45,750 nucleotides of DNA, taken from the IMG/VR virus record IMGVR_UViG_3300012347_000336; one strand, given 5' to 3'. Below, in pieces: positions 14,635 through 22,815 of this stretch (within the stretch, counting starts at the first letter, position 1; every line of letters starts with the position of its first letter). The stretch comes from a virus. The notes beneath the pieces are model-generated. The model did not search any database. It had not been told where the DNA came from and saw only the letters and a list, made by a program, of their open reading frames with translations. The position numbers and the translations under genes were made by a program.

Positions 14635-14651
14635 CCCTTGTGTTGCATAAT
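14622..14651 (+). promoter_or_regulatory. Candidate late-operon promoter (ATGACG-N18-CATAAT)
   Basis: -35-like ATGACG at 14622-14627 and -10 CATAAT at 14646-14651. A GGAGAG RBS at 14663-14668 precedes the ATG at 14673. Confidence 0.35.
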
Positions 14652-14672
14652 TAACATCAACCGGAGAGAGAA

Positions 14673-16010
14673 ATGAAAAACGAAACGAAATCACCCGCGC
14701 TTGGCGTCTACCAGCTGCGTCCGATCGCTGGCCTGAAACCTTACGAAAAAAACGCCCGCACCCATTCCGCGTCTCAGGTCGAGCAGCTTTGTCGCTCAAT
14801 CAAGGAGTTCGGTTTCACGAACCCGCTTCTGATCGACGAGCAAGATCGCATCATTGCTGGCCACGGTCGTTTGCAAGCTGCCCTGGCGCTCAAGATGACA
14901 GAGGTTCCTGTCCTGATATTGGCTGGCCTGTCTGATGCCCAACGCAAGGCCTTGATCCTTGCCGACAACAAGATCGCGCTCAACTCTGGCTGGGACTTAG
15001 CTTTGCTCAGCTCCGAGCTGGCGGACTTGAAGGCTGATGGCTACGACCTGACGCTGACCGGTTTCTCGCTCGAGGAGATCGATGGCATGGTCGAGACCTT
15101 AGAACCTGAAAACGACCCCGACGATGCCCCTGACGTGCCCGCAGAACCGAAGACAAAGGTGGGCGACGTCTACATCCTTGGCCCACATCGTTTGGTTTGC
15201 GGTGATTCGACCTCGATGGCGAACCTCGACGCCTTGATGCAGGGCGAGCTGGCCGACTGCTGCTGGACTGATCCACCCTACAACGTGGCCTACGAGACCA
15301 AGGCTGGCAAAATTGCCAACGACGACCTGAGCGACAAGGAGTTCCGCGAGTTCATTTGCTCTGCTATGACCACGGCGTATGCTGTCATGAAGCCTGGCGC
15401 GGCCATCTACGTGGCGCACGCTGACACCGAGGGCTTGAACTTCCGCGCTGGCTTCACCGCTGCTGGCTTCAAGTTGTCCGGTTGCCTCATCTGGAAAAAG
15501 GATTCCCTTGTTCTTGGCCGTTCCGACTACCAGTGGCAGCATGAGCCAATCCTCTACGGTTGGAAGCCTGGCAGCTCGCATCGCTGGTACGGTGGCCGCA
15601 AGCTCACGACCATGATTGACCTCGATCAAGACCGTATGCCGTTCACGCGTCGTGAAGATGGCCGCTTTGAGATTCGTGTGGGTGACTCGGTCATGGTGAT
15701 TGACGGCACGGCCACGATTGAGGAGATGGTTCCGTCCATCATCCGTGAATCAAAGCCCAAGCGCTCCGACGGCCACCCGACCATGAAGCCTGTGGCCTTG
15801 ATCGAACGCATGCTGCGCAACTCTGCGCGTCCTGGCGACATCATCCTTGACCTGTTTGGTGGCTCCGGTTCTACGCTGATGGCTGCTGAACGCCTTGGCA
15901 TGTGCGCCCGTTTGTCTGAGCTTGACCCTGGCTACTGCGATGTGATCGTTTCTCGTTATGAGGCCTACACTGGCCGTAAAGCTGTACTGGAGACCCGCAA
16001 TGAAACTTGA
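14673..16010 (+). CDS. ParB-like nuclease domain fused to an N6-adenine/N4-cytosine DNA methyltransferase
   Basis: The N-terminal ParBc pattern is 'LKPYEKNARTHS...IKEFGFTNPLLIDEQDRIIAGHGRLQAA'. Methyltransferase motif IV is 'DPPY' (CCWTDPPYNV). The AdoMet motif near the C-terminus is 'LDLFGGSGST', preceded by 'HPTMKPVALIERML' (beta-class order). Confidence 0.9.
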   Translation: MKNETKSPALGVYQLRPIAGLKPYEKNARTHSASQVEQLCRSIKEFGFTNPLLIDEQDRIIAGHGRLQAALALKMTEVPVLILAGLSDAQRKALILADNKIALNSGWDLALLSSELADLKADGYDLTLTGFSLEEIDGMVETLEPENDPDDAPDVPAEPKTKVGDVYILGPHRLVCGDSTSMANLDALMQGELADCCWTDPPYNVAYETKAGKIANDDLSDKEFREFICSAMTTAYAVMKPGAAIYVAHADTEGLNFRAGFTAAGFKLSGCLIWKKDSLVLGRSDYQWQHEPILYGWKPGSSHRWYGGRKLTTMIDLDQDRMPFTRREDGRFEIRVGDSVMVIDGTATIEEMVPSIIRESKPKRSDGHPTMKPVALIERMLRNSARPGDIILDLFGGSGSTLMAAERLGMCARLSELDPGYCDVIVSRYEAYTGRKAVLETRNET

Positions 16011-16470
16011 AAAACCTGATTTAAAAAGCAAGAAATCAAAAAGCGTGCCAACAAAACCACGTCACCCCAATTACGGTGGCGCTCGTTCTGGTGCTGGTCG
16101 TCCTGCATTTGAGCCCACTCAAGCCGAGCGTAAGCAGGTGGAGGCGTTGTCTGGCTACGGTTTGCCGTTCGCCCAGATCGCTGTGCTGGTTCGCGACGGT
16201 ATCAGCTTGGACACGTTGTCCGAGCATTTCGCTGCCGAGCTGGCCTGCGGCAAGGCCAAGGCCAATGCCAAGATCGGCCAGACGTTGTTCCAGAAGGCAA
16301 CCGGCGGCGACACCACGGCCATGATCTGGTGGTCAAAGACTCAGATGCGTTGGTCTGAGCGCATCGAGCTGACCGGTGCTGATGGTGGCGCGATCAAGAC
16401 CGAGAACGCAAACACCGTGGTGCTGGAGCCGTCCGAGGCCTACAAGCGCCTGATCGGTGGTGCGGTATGA
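16000..16470 (+). CDS. terS: Terminase small subunit (156 aa)
   Basis: The ATG at 16000 overlaps the methyltransferase stop. 'GRPAFEPTQAERKQVEALSGYGLPFAQIAVLVRDGISLDTLSEHF...AMIWWSKTQMRW' resembles HTH-type small terminases. It lies two genes upstream of TerL. Confidence 0.65.
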   Translation: MKLEKPDLKSKKSKSVPTKPRHPNYGGARSGAGRPAFEPTQAERKQVEALSGYGLPFAQIAVLVRDGISLDTLSEHFAAELACGKAKANAKIGQTLFQKATGGDTTAMIWWSKTQMRWSERIELTGADGGAIKTENANTVVLEPSEAYKRLIGGAV

Positions 16471-16742
16471 GCGACATTGACGCCATCTTGGCTGAGCGTG
16501 CCGCTCGCTATGGTTCGTTCCTTGGGCATGCTGAGATTTCTCAAAGGCTCAAAGGCACGATTCACTACTTCGAGGCTGAGCGTGGTTGCGACCTAGACCC
16601 TGACATGCGCGAGGCGCTTGAAATGGTCATGCACAAGGTGGCACGGATTTTGAACGGCGACCCTCGTTACGCCGACAACTGGCTGGACATTGCTGGCTAC
16701 TCGAAGCGCGTGGCCGACCGGTTGCAAGAGTCGCATGACTGA
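16467..16742 (+). CDS. Conserved phage helical protein (91 aa), function unknown
   Basis: It is ATGA-coupled to terS. 'RAARYGSF...MVMHKVARILNGDPRYADNWLDIAGYSKRV' resembles a recurrent small phage family of unknown function. Confidence 0.7.
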   Translation: MSDIDAILAERAARYGSFLGHAEISQRLKGTIHYFEAERGCDLDPDMREALEMVMHKVARILNGDPRYADNWLDIAGYSKRVADRLQESHD

Positions 16743-18234
16743 CTTCGACTGGCGCAATCCGGACTATGGGCCTGTCTTTCAGGCTCGCATTGACCGCGTC
16801 AAGCGCATGCGTGAAGACCCGTCGATCTTGCCTGGCCTCATGCAGTTCTATGCCGACCACCCTGTCGAGTTCATCTCTGACTGGGGTATGACCTTTGACC
16901 CGCGTAACGTCGAGCGTGGCTTCGAGGCGGTGACGCCTTTCCTGCTGTTCCCGAAGCAGTCCGAGTTCGTCACTTGGGTGATCGACCGATGGATGGGGCG
17001 CGAGGATGGTTTGGTCGAGAAGTCTCGCGACATGGGCGCTTCGTGGCTTTGTGTGGCTGTTGCCGTCTGGATGTGGCTGTTCAAGCCTGGCACCGTGATT
17101 GGCTTTGGCTCGCGCAAGGAGGAGTACGTGGACAAGCTGGGCGACCCGAAGTCGTTGTTCTGGAAGGTGCGCCAGTTCATCAACCTGCTTCCGCCTGAGT
17201 TCACGCCTGCTGGCTACACCGAGCGGCTGCACGCGCCTTCGATGCGCATCATGAATCCGGTCAACGGGAGCACGATTGTTGGTGAATCTGGCGACAACAT
17301 TGGTCGTGGCAACCGGACGTCGATCTACTTTCTGGACGAGGCCGCGTTCATTGAGCGCCCTGAGCAGGTGGACGCCGCCTTGTCTCAAACGTCAAACTGC
17401 AAGCTGCACGTCTCAACGCCCAACGGCGCAGGCAATCCGTTCTATCGCAAGCGCCACGGTGGCCGCATCCCTGTTTTCATCTTCGATTGGAAGGACGACC
17501 CGCGCAAGGATCAGGCTTGGTACCAGAAGCAGAAGGACACGCTCGACCCTGTGATCGTGGCGCAGGAAATTGACCGCGACTACACGGCTTCGGTTTCCAA
17601 CGCGTTCATCGCTGGCGATATCGTGAAGGCTGCAATGTCGCGTGGCCCTGCCGACGTGCGTGCTGTTGGCCCGTTGCAGGTTGGTGTGGACGTCGCCCGC
17701 TTTGGCAATGACAAGTCCGTGATCACCTTCCGCCAGGGGCGCGTTGTCTACCCGCCGATCGTGTTTGGCCAGTGCGACGTGGTGGACGTGGCCGGTCGGG
17801 TCAAGGATGCCGTGGCTTCGTGGGGTGGCAAGGTGGCCCAGATTGCGGTGGACTCGATCGGCATTGGTGCTGGCGTGGCCGACATGCTGCGTCGTGACTT
17901 CCCTCGTGGCGTGGTGGTGGATGTGAATTCAAGCATCCGGCTGTCCGATGGGCAGAACTACAACCTGCGTGCCCGCATGTGGCGCGACATGCGCGAGTAC
18001 TTGAAAAACGGCGCGTCGATCCCGAACGATGGCGAGTTGGCCACTGAGCTGTCTGCGTTGCAGTACGAGTACCGTGGTGGCGAGCTGCTGATGGAGTCGA
18101 AGGACGACGCCAAGAAGCGCGGCATCAAGTCTCCTGACCGTGCGGATTCGCTGGCCTTGACGTTTGCAGTCCCTGTGCGAGAATTGGGCGGAGTTCTGCA
18201 AACACACGCAGAAGTGAATTATTCAATTTTGTAG
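16735..18234 (+). CDS. terL: Terminase large subunit (499 aa)
   Basis: The ATG at 16735 overlaps the upstream stop, so the track start at 16690 is rejected. The ATPase region has 'KSRDMGASW' and the Walker B-like 'IYFLDEAAF'. The nuclease region has 'VGVDVARFGNDKSVI'. Confidence 0.85.
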   Translation: MTDFDWRNPDYGPVFQARIDRVKRMREDPSILPGLMQFYADHPVEFISDWGMTFDPRNVERGFEAVTPFLLFPKQSEFVTWVIDRWMGREDGLVEKSRDMGASWLCVAVAVWMWLFKPGTVIGFGSRKEEYVDKLGDPKSLFWKVRQFINLLPPEFTPAGYTERLHAPSMRIMNPVNGSTIVGESGDNIGRGNRTSIYFLDEAAFIERPEQVDAALSQTSNCKLHVSTPNGAGNPFYRKRHGGRIPVFIFDWKDDPRKDQAWYQKQKDTLDPVIVAQEIDRDYTASVSNAFIAGDIVKAAMSRGPADVRAVGPLQVGVDVARFGNDKSVITFRQGRVVYPPIVFGQCDVVDVAGRVKDAVASWGGKVAQIAVDSIGIGAGVADMLRRDFPRGVVVDVNSSIRLSDGQNYNLRARMWRDMREYLKNGASIPNDGELATELSALQYEYRGGELLMESKDDAKKRGIKSPDRADSLALTFAVPVRELGGVLQTHAEVNYSIL

Positions 18235-18245
18235 TGAGGTGTCTC

Positions 18246-18761
18246 ATGGGTGGAGCAGTTCCTAGTCCTAAAAAAGTTTTGAAGAAGGCGAAAAACGTCG
18301 TCACAGACGTTGTTGACGCTGGTGTGAGCACCGTGAAGAAGGCGGCTGATGTTGTTGTTGAAGCTCCAAAAGCTGCTTTGAATGTTGCGACTGACACCGT
18401 CAAAGGCACCGTGAGCGCTGCGAAAGACTTGGCCACCGGCACCGTTGATCTGGTGAAGGACGTTGCCAAGGTTCCTGTCGATCTGGCCAAGGGTGTTGTC
18501 AAGGTGACCAAGGATGCCGTTGGCGATGTGGTTGAGGCAATCATCCCAACTCCAAAGATTCCAGAAATGCCAGCCGTTGATGACGGCTCTGATGCTGCTG
18601 CCGATGATGCTGTTTCTCGCAGCAATCAGATGATCAGCGAGCGCGACCGTGCTGACCGCTTGCGTCGTCGTCGTGGCCGTGCTGCAACGCAGCTTGTTCA
18701 ACCTTCCATTGCGGCTGTGCCAGCAGGCTCTGTTGCAACTAAAACTCTTTTGGGGCAGTAA
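18246..18761 (+). CDS. Repeat protein (171 aa): eight tandem 11-residue repeats plus an Arg-rich C-terminus
   Basis: The ATG at 18246 follows GAGG after a 7-nt spacer. Residues 9-96 split into eight 11-mers (KKVLKKAKNVV / TDVVDAGVSTV / KKAADVVVEAP / KAALNVATDTV / KGTVSAAKDLA / TGTVDLVKDVA / KVPVDLAKGVV / KVTKDAVGDVV). It lies between TerL and the portal gene. Confidence 0.75.
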   Translation: MGGAVPSPKKVLKKAKNVVTDVVDAGVSTVKKAADVVVEAPKAALNVATDTVKGTVSAAKDLATGTVDLVKDVAKVPVDLAKGVVKVTKDAVGDVVEAIIPTPKIPEMPAVDDGSDAAADDAVSRSNQMISERDRADRLRRRRGRAATQLVQPSIAAVPAGSVATKTLLGQ

Positions 18762-18763
18762 TC

Positions 18764-20425
18764 ATGGCGGATTCACGCGCATCTGACATACTCGACAAAC
18801 ACGAGCGCATGCGTCAGCAGCGCGTGTACTTCGAGCGCATCTGGCAAGAAATTGCCGACCGCATCATTCCTCGCAAGGCTGAGTTCAAGCGCCACCGTGG
18901 TCGCGTGACTGATCCCAAGGGCGACCGTCGTACCGATCAGGTGTTTGACGCTGCCCCTGCTTTGGCGCTTGACCGCTTTGCTGCTGCCATGCATTCGCTG
19001 GTGACGCCTCGCAATCAGCAGTGGCATTCGCTGCGCCCGCAGAGCGATGAGCTGGCCGAAGACCAAGAGGTGAAGAAGTACCTCGAGGAAGTAAACAAGC
19101 GATTGTTTGCCGCGCGTTACTCGAGCAACTTCGACAACCAAATCCACGAGTGCTACTTCGACTCTGGTGCGTTCGGCAACATGTGCATGTTCGTTGGCGA
19201 CCGTCTTGGCCGCTCGATCTACTACCGCACGGTACCCGTCGAGCAGTTGTTCTTCATGGAGAACGAGTTTGGCGTTGTTGACTTGGTGCACCGCGAGTTC
19301 CCAATGACCGCGCGTCAAGCTGCCAGCAAGTTTGGCACTGACCGTCTGCCTTCACAAATCCGCGACGCTGCCGAGAAGCGCCCAGAGCAGGAGTTCTGGT
19401 TCTTGCATTGCGTCAAGCCTCGCGAAGATGCGGACATGTCGCGCAGGGACTACAAGGGCATGGCCTTTGCCTCGTACTACGTGTGCATCGAATCACGCGA
19501 GATCGTCAGCGAGGGCGGCTTCCGCTCGATGCCTTATGCAGTCTCTCGCTATGCCGTTTCCTCTGGTGAGGTGTACGGTCGTGGCCCTGCGCAGATCATC
19601 TTGCCCGACGTGAAGATGCTCAACGAGATGAACCGCACCGTGATTCAAGCTGCGCAGCTCGCTGTGCTGCCTCCGTTGTTGGCTCACCGTGATGGCATCT
19701 TGGACGCGATTCGCCTGACGCCTGCGGCCATCAACTATGGCGGTGTTGACGACAACGGTCGCCAGCTCATCCAAGCGATGAACGTTGGCCAGAACGTGAA
19801 CCTCGGCCTTGAGCTGATGGATCAAAAGCGTGCGCTCATCAACGACGCGTTTTGGAATACCTTGTTCCAGATTCTGGTGGACACGCCCAACATGACGGCG
19901 ACCGAGGCGATGCTTCGTGCGCAGGAGAAGGGCGCACTGCTTGCCCCGACTGCCAGCCGTATCGAGTCCGAGTTCTTGAACCCGATGGTTGAGCGTGAGC
20001 TTGACATTCTGGCCATGGCTGGCGAGCTGCCTCCAATCCCTGACGCGCTCATGGAGACTGGCGGCTTGTTCGAGGTCGAGTACACCTCGCCGCTTGAGCG
20101 TGCTCGTCGTGCCGAGGAGGGCGTGGCCATCTTGCGCACCTTCGAGCAGTTGGCTCCGATTGCGCAGGTCGACCCGAACGTTTACCGTCGTTTCAACATG
20201 GGCGAGGCCGCGAAGGTCTTGGCCGACGTCAACGGCGTTCCTTCCAAAATCATGTACACCGACGACGAGATGGCTGAGATTGACGCGGCTGACGCCCAGC
20301 AGCAACAGCAGCAACAACTTTTGCAGGCCGCTCCGATTGCTGCAAGCGCAGCGAAGGACTTGGCTCAGGCTCAGTCGTTGGCGGCTGCTGCTCCGAATCA
20401 AATGCTGCCCAACATCGGCGCTTAA
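18764..20425 (+). CDS. Portal (head-to-tail connector) protein, podovirus type
   Basis: The N-terminus 'ILDKHERMRQQRVYFERIWQEIADRIIPRKAEF' is typical of T7-like connector proteins. At 553 aa it is close to T7 gp8. It is positioned after the terminase and before the scaffold gene. Confidence 0.85.
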   Translation: MADSRASDILDKHERMRQQRVYFERIWQEIADRIIPRKAEFKRHRGRVTDPKGDRRTDQVFDAAPALALDRFAAAMHSLVTPRNQQWHSLRPQSDELAEDQEVKKYLEEVNKRLFAARYSSNFDNQIHECYFDSGAFGNMCMFVGDRLGRSIYYRTVPVEQLFFMENEFGVVDLVHREFPMTARQAASKFGTDRLPSQIRDAAEKRPEQEFWFLHCVKPREDADMSRRDYKGMAFASYYVCIESREIVSEGGFRSMPYAVSRYAVSSGEVYGRGPAQIILPDVKMLNEMNRTVIQAAQLAVLPPLLAHRDGILDAIRLTPAAINYGGVDDNGRQLIQAMNVGQNVNLGLELMDQKRALINDAFWNTLFQILVDTPNMTATEAMLRAQEKGALLAPTASRIESEFLNPMVERELDILAMAGELPPIPDALMETGGLFEVEYTSPLERARRAEEGVAILRTFEQLAPIAQVDPNVYRRFNMGEAAKVLADVNGVPSKIMYTDDEMAEIDAADAQQQQQQQLLQAAPIAASAAKDLAQAQSLAAAAPNQMLPNIGA

Positions 20426-20428
20426 GTC

Positions 20429-20692
20429 GTGGACTTGTTCAGCCGTTTTTGGAACAAGCGCAACGCGTATCGCACTGCGTTTGGTGAGAAGGCTGGCATG
20501 CATGTGCTGGCCGATCTGCGAGAGTTCTGTCGTGCTGATTCATCCTGCGTGGTGGTCGGCAAAGATGGGAAAATAGACACGCATGCCACTTTGCTTGCCG
20601 AGGGTCGGCGCGAGGTTTGGCTGCGTATTACTGAAACCCTGCAATTGACCGACGAGCAATTGCTCAAACTGAAAGAGAACCACAATGTCTGA
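20429..20692 (+). CDS. Small conserved hypothetical protein downstream of the portal gene (87 aa)
   Basis: The GTG start lies 3 nt after the portal stop. It overlaps the scaffold start (ATGTCTGA). Confidence 0.65.
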   Translation: MDLFSRFWNKRNAYRTAFGEKAGMHVLADLREFCRADSSCVVVGKDGKIDTHATLLAEGRREVWLRITETLQLTDEQLLKLKENHNV

Positions 20693-21428
20693 CGCCCCTG
20701 CTGCACCCGCAACACCTGCCGCAACACCTGCTGCTGCTACTGCTGCACCACTTTCCGCTGCCGCCTCATTGGCTGGTGGCGATCCAACACCCGCAACGCC
20801 TGCGGCACCGGCTGCTCCTGCCGCTGCTCCTGCTGCCGCTGATCCAGCACCCGCAGACCCGAACGCGCCAGTGGCCGTCACGCTGCCTGGCAAGGACGCG
20901 ACGCCTGAGCAGTGGGCGGAGTTCTACAAGAACATTGGCGCTCCTGAAAGCTCCGACGCCTACGAGTTGCCCATCCCTGATGGCGACAACGGCGAGTTTG
21001 CGAAGACCGCAGCCGCTTGGTTTAAGGACGCTGGCTTGCTGCCTCAGCAGGCAAACGCTCTGGCATCGAAGTGGAATGAGTTTCAGGGCGCACAAGCTGC
21101 TGCAGCTCAAGCCGCTGAGGATGCTCGCCTGCAAGCCATGGACACAAAGAACCGCGCTGAGGAGACCGCTCTGAAAACCGAGTGGGGTCAAAAGCACGAG
21201 GCGAACATGGAGCTGGCCAAGCGTGCTGTGCGTCAGTTCTTGCCCGCTGATAAGTCTGGCGAAATCATCACCGCGCTCGAAGACAAGCTGGGCTATGCCG
21301 AAACGATCAAGCTGCTGCACACCATTGGCGCTGGCCTTGGTGAGCACGACGCTGCCGGTCTTGGCCAGCAGTCCGGTGGCAAGAAGTCTGCTGCCGAGAT
21401 TCTGTACGGTGGCACTGCCAGCAAGTGA
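20685..21428 (+). CDS. Scaffolding protein with an Ala/Pro-rich N-terminal low-complexity region
   Basis: It lies between the portal and capsid genes. It is helical and acidic, with 'PEQWAEFYKNIGAPESSDAYELPIP'. No prohead protease gene is present, as in T7-like assembly. Confidence 0.7.
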   Translation: MSDAPAAPATPAATPAAATAAPLSAAASLAGGDPTPATPAAPAAPAAAPAAADPAPADPNAPVAVTLPGKDATPEQWAEFYKNIGAPESSDAYELPIPDGDNGEFAKTAAAWFKDAGLLPQQANALASKWNEFQGAQAAAAQAAEDARLQAMDTKNRAEETALKTEWGQKHEANMELAKRAVRQFLPADKSGEIITALEDKLGYAETIKLLHTIGAGLGEHDAAGLGQQSGGKKSAAEILYGGTASK

Positions 21429-21673
21429 CGAACCCCAAGCCGATACCTGAGCAGCTGGGCGAGCGCGTGCCCATGCTCAACAGGTACGGCTTCTTTGTCC
21501 GTGCGGGCTATCCCTTTGGCGTCATGCGCCCGCTCGATTACTTCATCGTCCCAGACCGCTTGCGCACGCCAGAGATGGTTCGCCAAGCGGTTTGTCGTCG
21601 TGCCAAGCGCCACGGCGAGACGTTCCAGACCAAGCGCACGGTTGACGGAATCATGGTTATTCGCATCGCTTGA
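21425..21673 (+). CDS. Small basic hypothetical protein (82 aa)
   Basis: The GTG start forms a GTGA overlap with the scaffold stop. The composition looks protein-like and no motif was recognised. Confidence 0.5.
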   Translation: MTNPKPIPEQLGERVPMLNRYGFFVRAGYPFGVMRPLDYFIVPDRLRTPEMVRQAVCRRAKRHGETFQTKRTVDGIMVIRIA

Positions 21674-21683
21674 GTTGACAGCG

Positions 21684-21713
21684 TTGCAAAACGTGAGAAT
21701 TCGCGCATAGAAT
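21684..21713 (+). promoter_or_regulatory. Candidate promoter upstream of the major capsid gene (TTGCAA-N18-TAGAAT)
   Basis: -35 TTGCAA at 21684-21689 and -10 TAGAAT at 21708-21713. The architecture matches the candidate leftward early promoter. Confidence 0.4.
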
Positions 21714-21720
21714 TCGCGCA
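21696..21720. repeat. Tandem direct repeat, 2 x AGAATTCGCGCA (13-bp period)
   Basis: The copies are at 21696-21707 and 21709-21720, separated by a single T. Each carries an EcoRI site. The -10 candidate spans the junction. Confidence 0.8.
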
Positions 21721-21782
21721 CTGTGGTGCTTGAGTGTGCTGCAGCCCCTTCGCCGACCGGCGTTAACCCTTTGGAGGTCTAA

Positions 21783-22802
21783 ATGACAACCCTTGCAAAC
21801 AATGCGCTGACGCTCGCCGACTGGGCAAAGCGCCGCGATCCCGACGATCGCGTCTCCACCATCGTTGAGTTGCTCAACCAGACAAACGACATTCTTCAGG
21901 ACATGTTGTGGCTCGAAGGCAACCTGCCAACTGGCCACCGCACCACCGTGCGAACCGGCCTGCCCGAAGTAGCATGGCGCAAGCTGAACTACGGCGTGGC
22001 TCAATCGAAGAGCACAACCGTGCAAGTGGATGACTCCACCGGCATGTTGGAAGCCTTCGGTCAAGTCGACAAAGACTTGGCAGAGTTGAACGGCAACACC
22101 GCTCAGTTCCGTCTGTCTGAAAACATGGCCTTCTTGGAAGCCATGAATCAGGAGATGGCCAGCACGTTGTTCTACGGCAACAGCACAAACGAACCAGAAG
22201 CCTTCACCGGTTTGGCAGTTCGCTACTCCAGCTTGTCCGCTACAAACGGCCAAAACATCTTGTCTGCTGGTGGCGCGTCCACTTTGACTTCGGTGTACTT
22301 GGTTGGTTGGGGCGACAACACCGTCCACGGTATCTATCCAAAGGGCACGACTGCTGGTTTGCAGCACACTGACCTCGGCTTGGACACTGTGACTGACGCT
22401 GCTGGTGGTAAGTACCGTGCGTACCAAGACCACTATCAGTGGAAGTGCGGCATGTCTCTGCGCGACTGGCGCTATGTGACCCGCATTGCCAACATCAACA
22501 TCACCCACTTAGCTGCTCAGTCTGACACGCAAGCGTCGACTGCCGGTACCGAGTTGATCAAGATGATGAGCCGTGCCATCGACCGCATCCCCGCGTTCGG
22601 TATGTGCAAGCCCGTGTTCTACATGAACCGTACCGTGTTCTCTTTGTTGCGCGTCATGGCGTTGCAAAAGTCCTCAGGTGCGTTGTCCATCGAGCAGGCT
22701 GCAGACCAGTTTGGCAATCCAGTGCGCGGCAACTTGTCGTTCATGGGTATTCCAATCCGCCGCGTTGATTCGATCTTGAACAACGAAACAGCAATCAGCT
22801 AA
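21783..22802 (+). CDS. Major capsid protein (339 aa)
   Basis: A strong GGAGG RBS precedes it. The N-terminus 'LTLADWAKRRDPDDRVSTIVELLNQTNDILQDMLWLEGNLPTGHRTTVRTGLPEVAWRKLNYGV' matches a widespread podovirus capsid family. Its size and position match T7 gp10. Confidence 0.85.
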   Translation: MTTLANNALTLADWAKRRDPDDRVSTIVELLNQTNDILQDMLWLEGNLPTGHRTTVRTGLPEVAWRKLNYGVAQSKSTTVQVDDSTGMLEAFGQVDKDLAELNGNTAQFRLSENMAFLEAMNQEMASTLFYGNSTNEPEAFTGLAVRYSSLSATNGQNILSAGGASTLTSVYLVGWGDNTVHGIYPKGTTAGLQHTDLGLDTVTDAAGGKYRAYQDHYQWKCGMSLRDWRYVTRIANINITHLAAQSDTQASTAGTELIKMMSRAIDRIPAFGMCKPVFYMNRTVFSLLRVMALQKSSGALSIEQAADQFGNPVRGNLSFMGIPIRRVDSILNNETAIS

Positions 22803-22815
22803 TTGGAGGCTCACA

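Noticed and set aside
19493-20503. 336-aa minus-strand ORF over the portal gene. Similar long antisense ORFs occur at 21657..22508, 25154..26002, 29489..30661, 31894..32679, 33721..34554 and 35251..36405.
   Set aside because: All are antisense to long plus-strand genes that have recognisable motifs or synteny. Stop-poor antisense frames are expected at this GC content.
20540-20893. 117-aa Ala/Gly-rich minus-strand ORF
   Set aside because: It is the mirror image of the Pro/Ala-rich low-complexity N-terminus of the scaffold gene.
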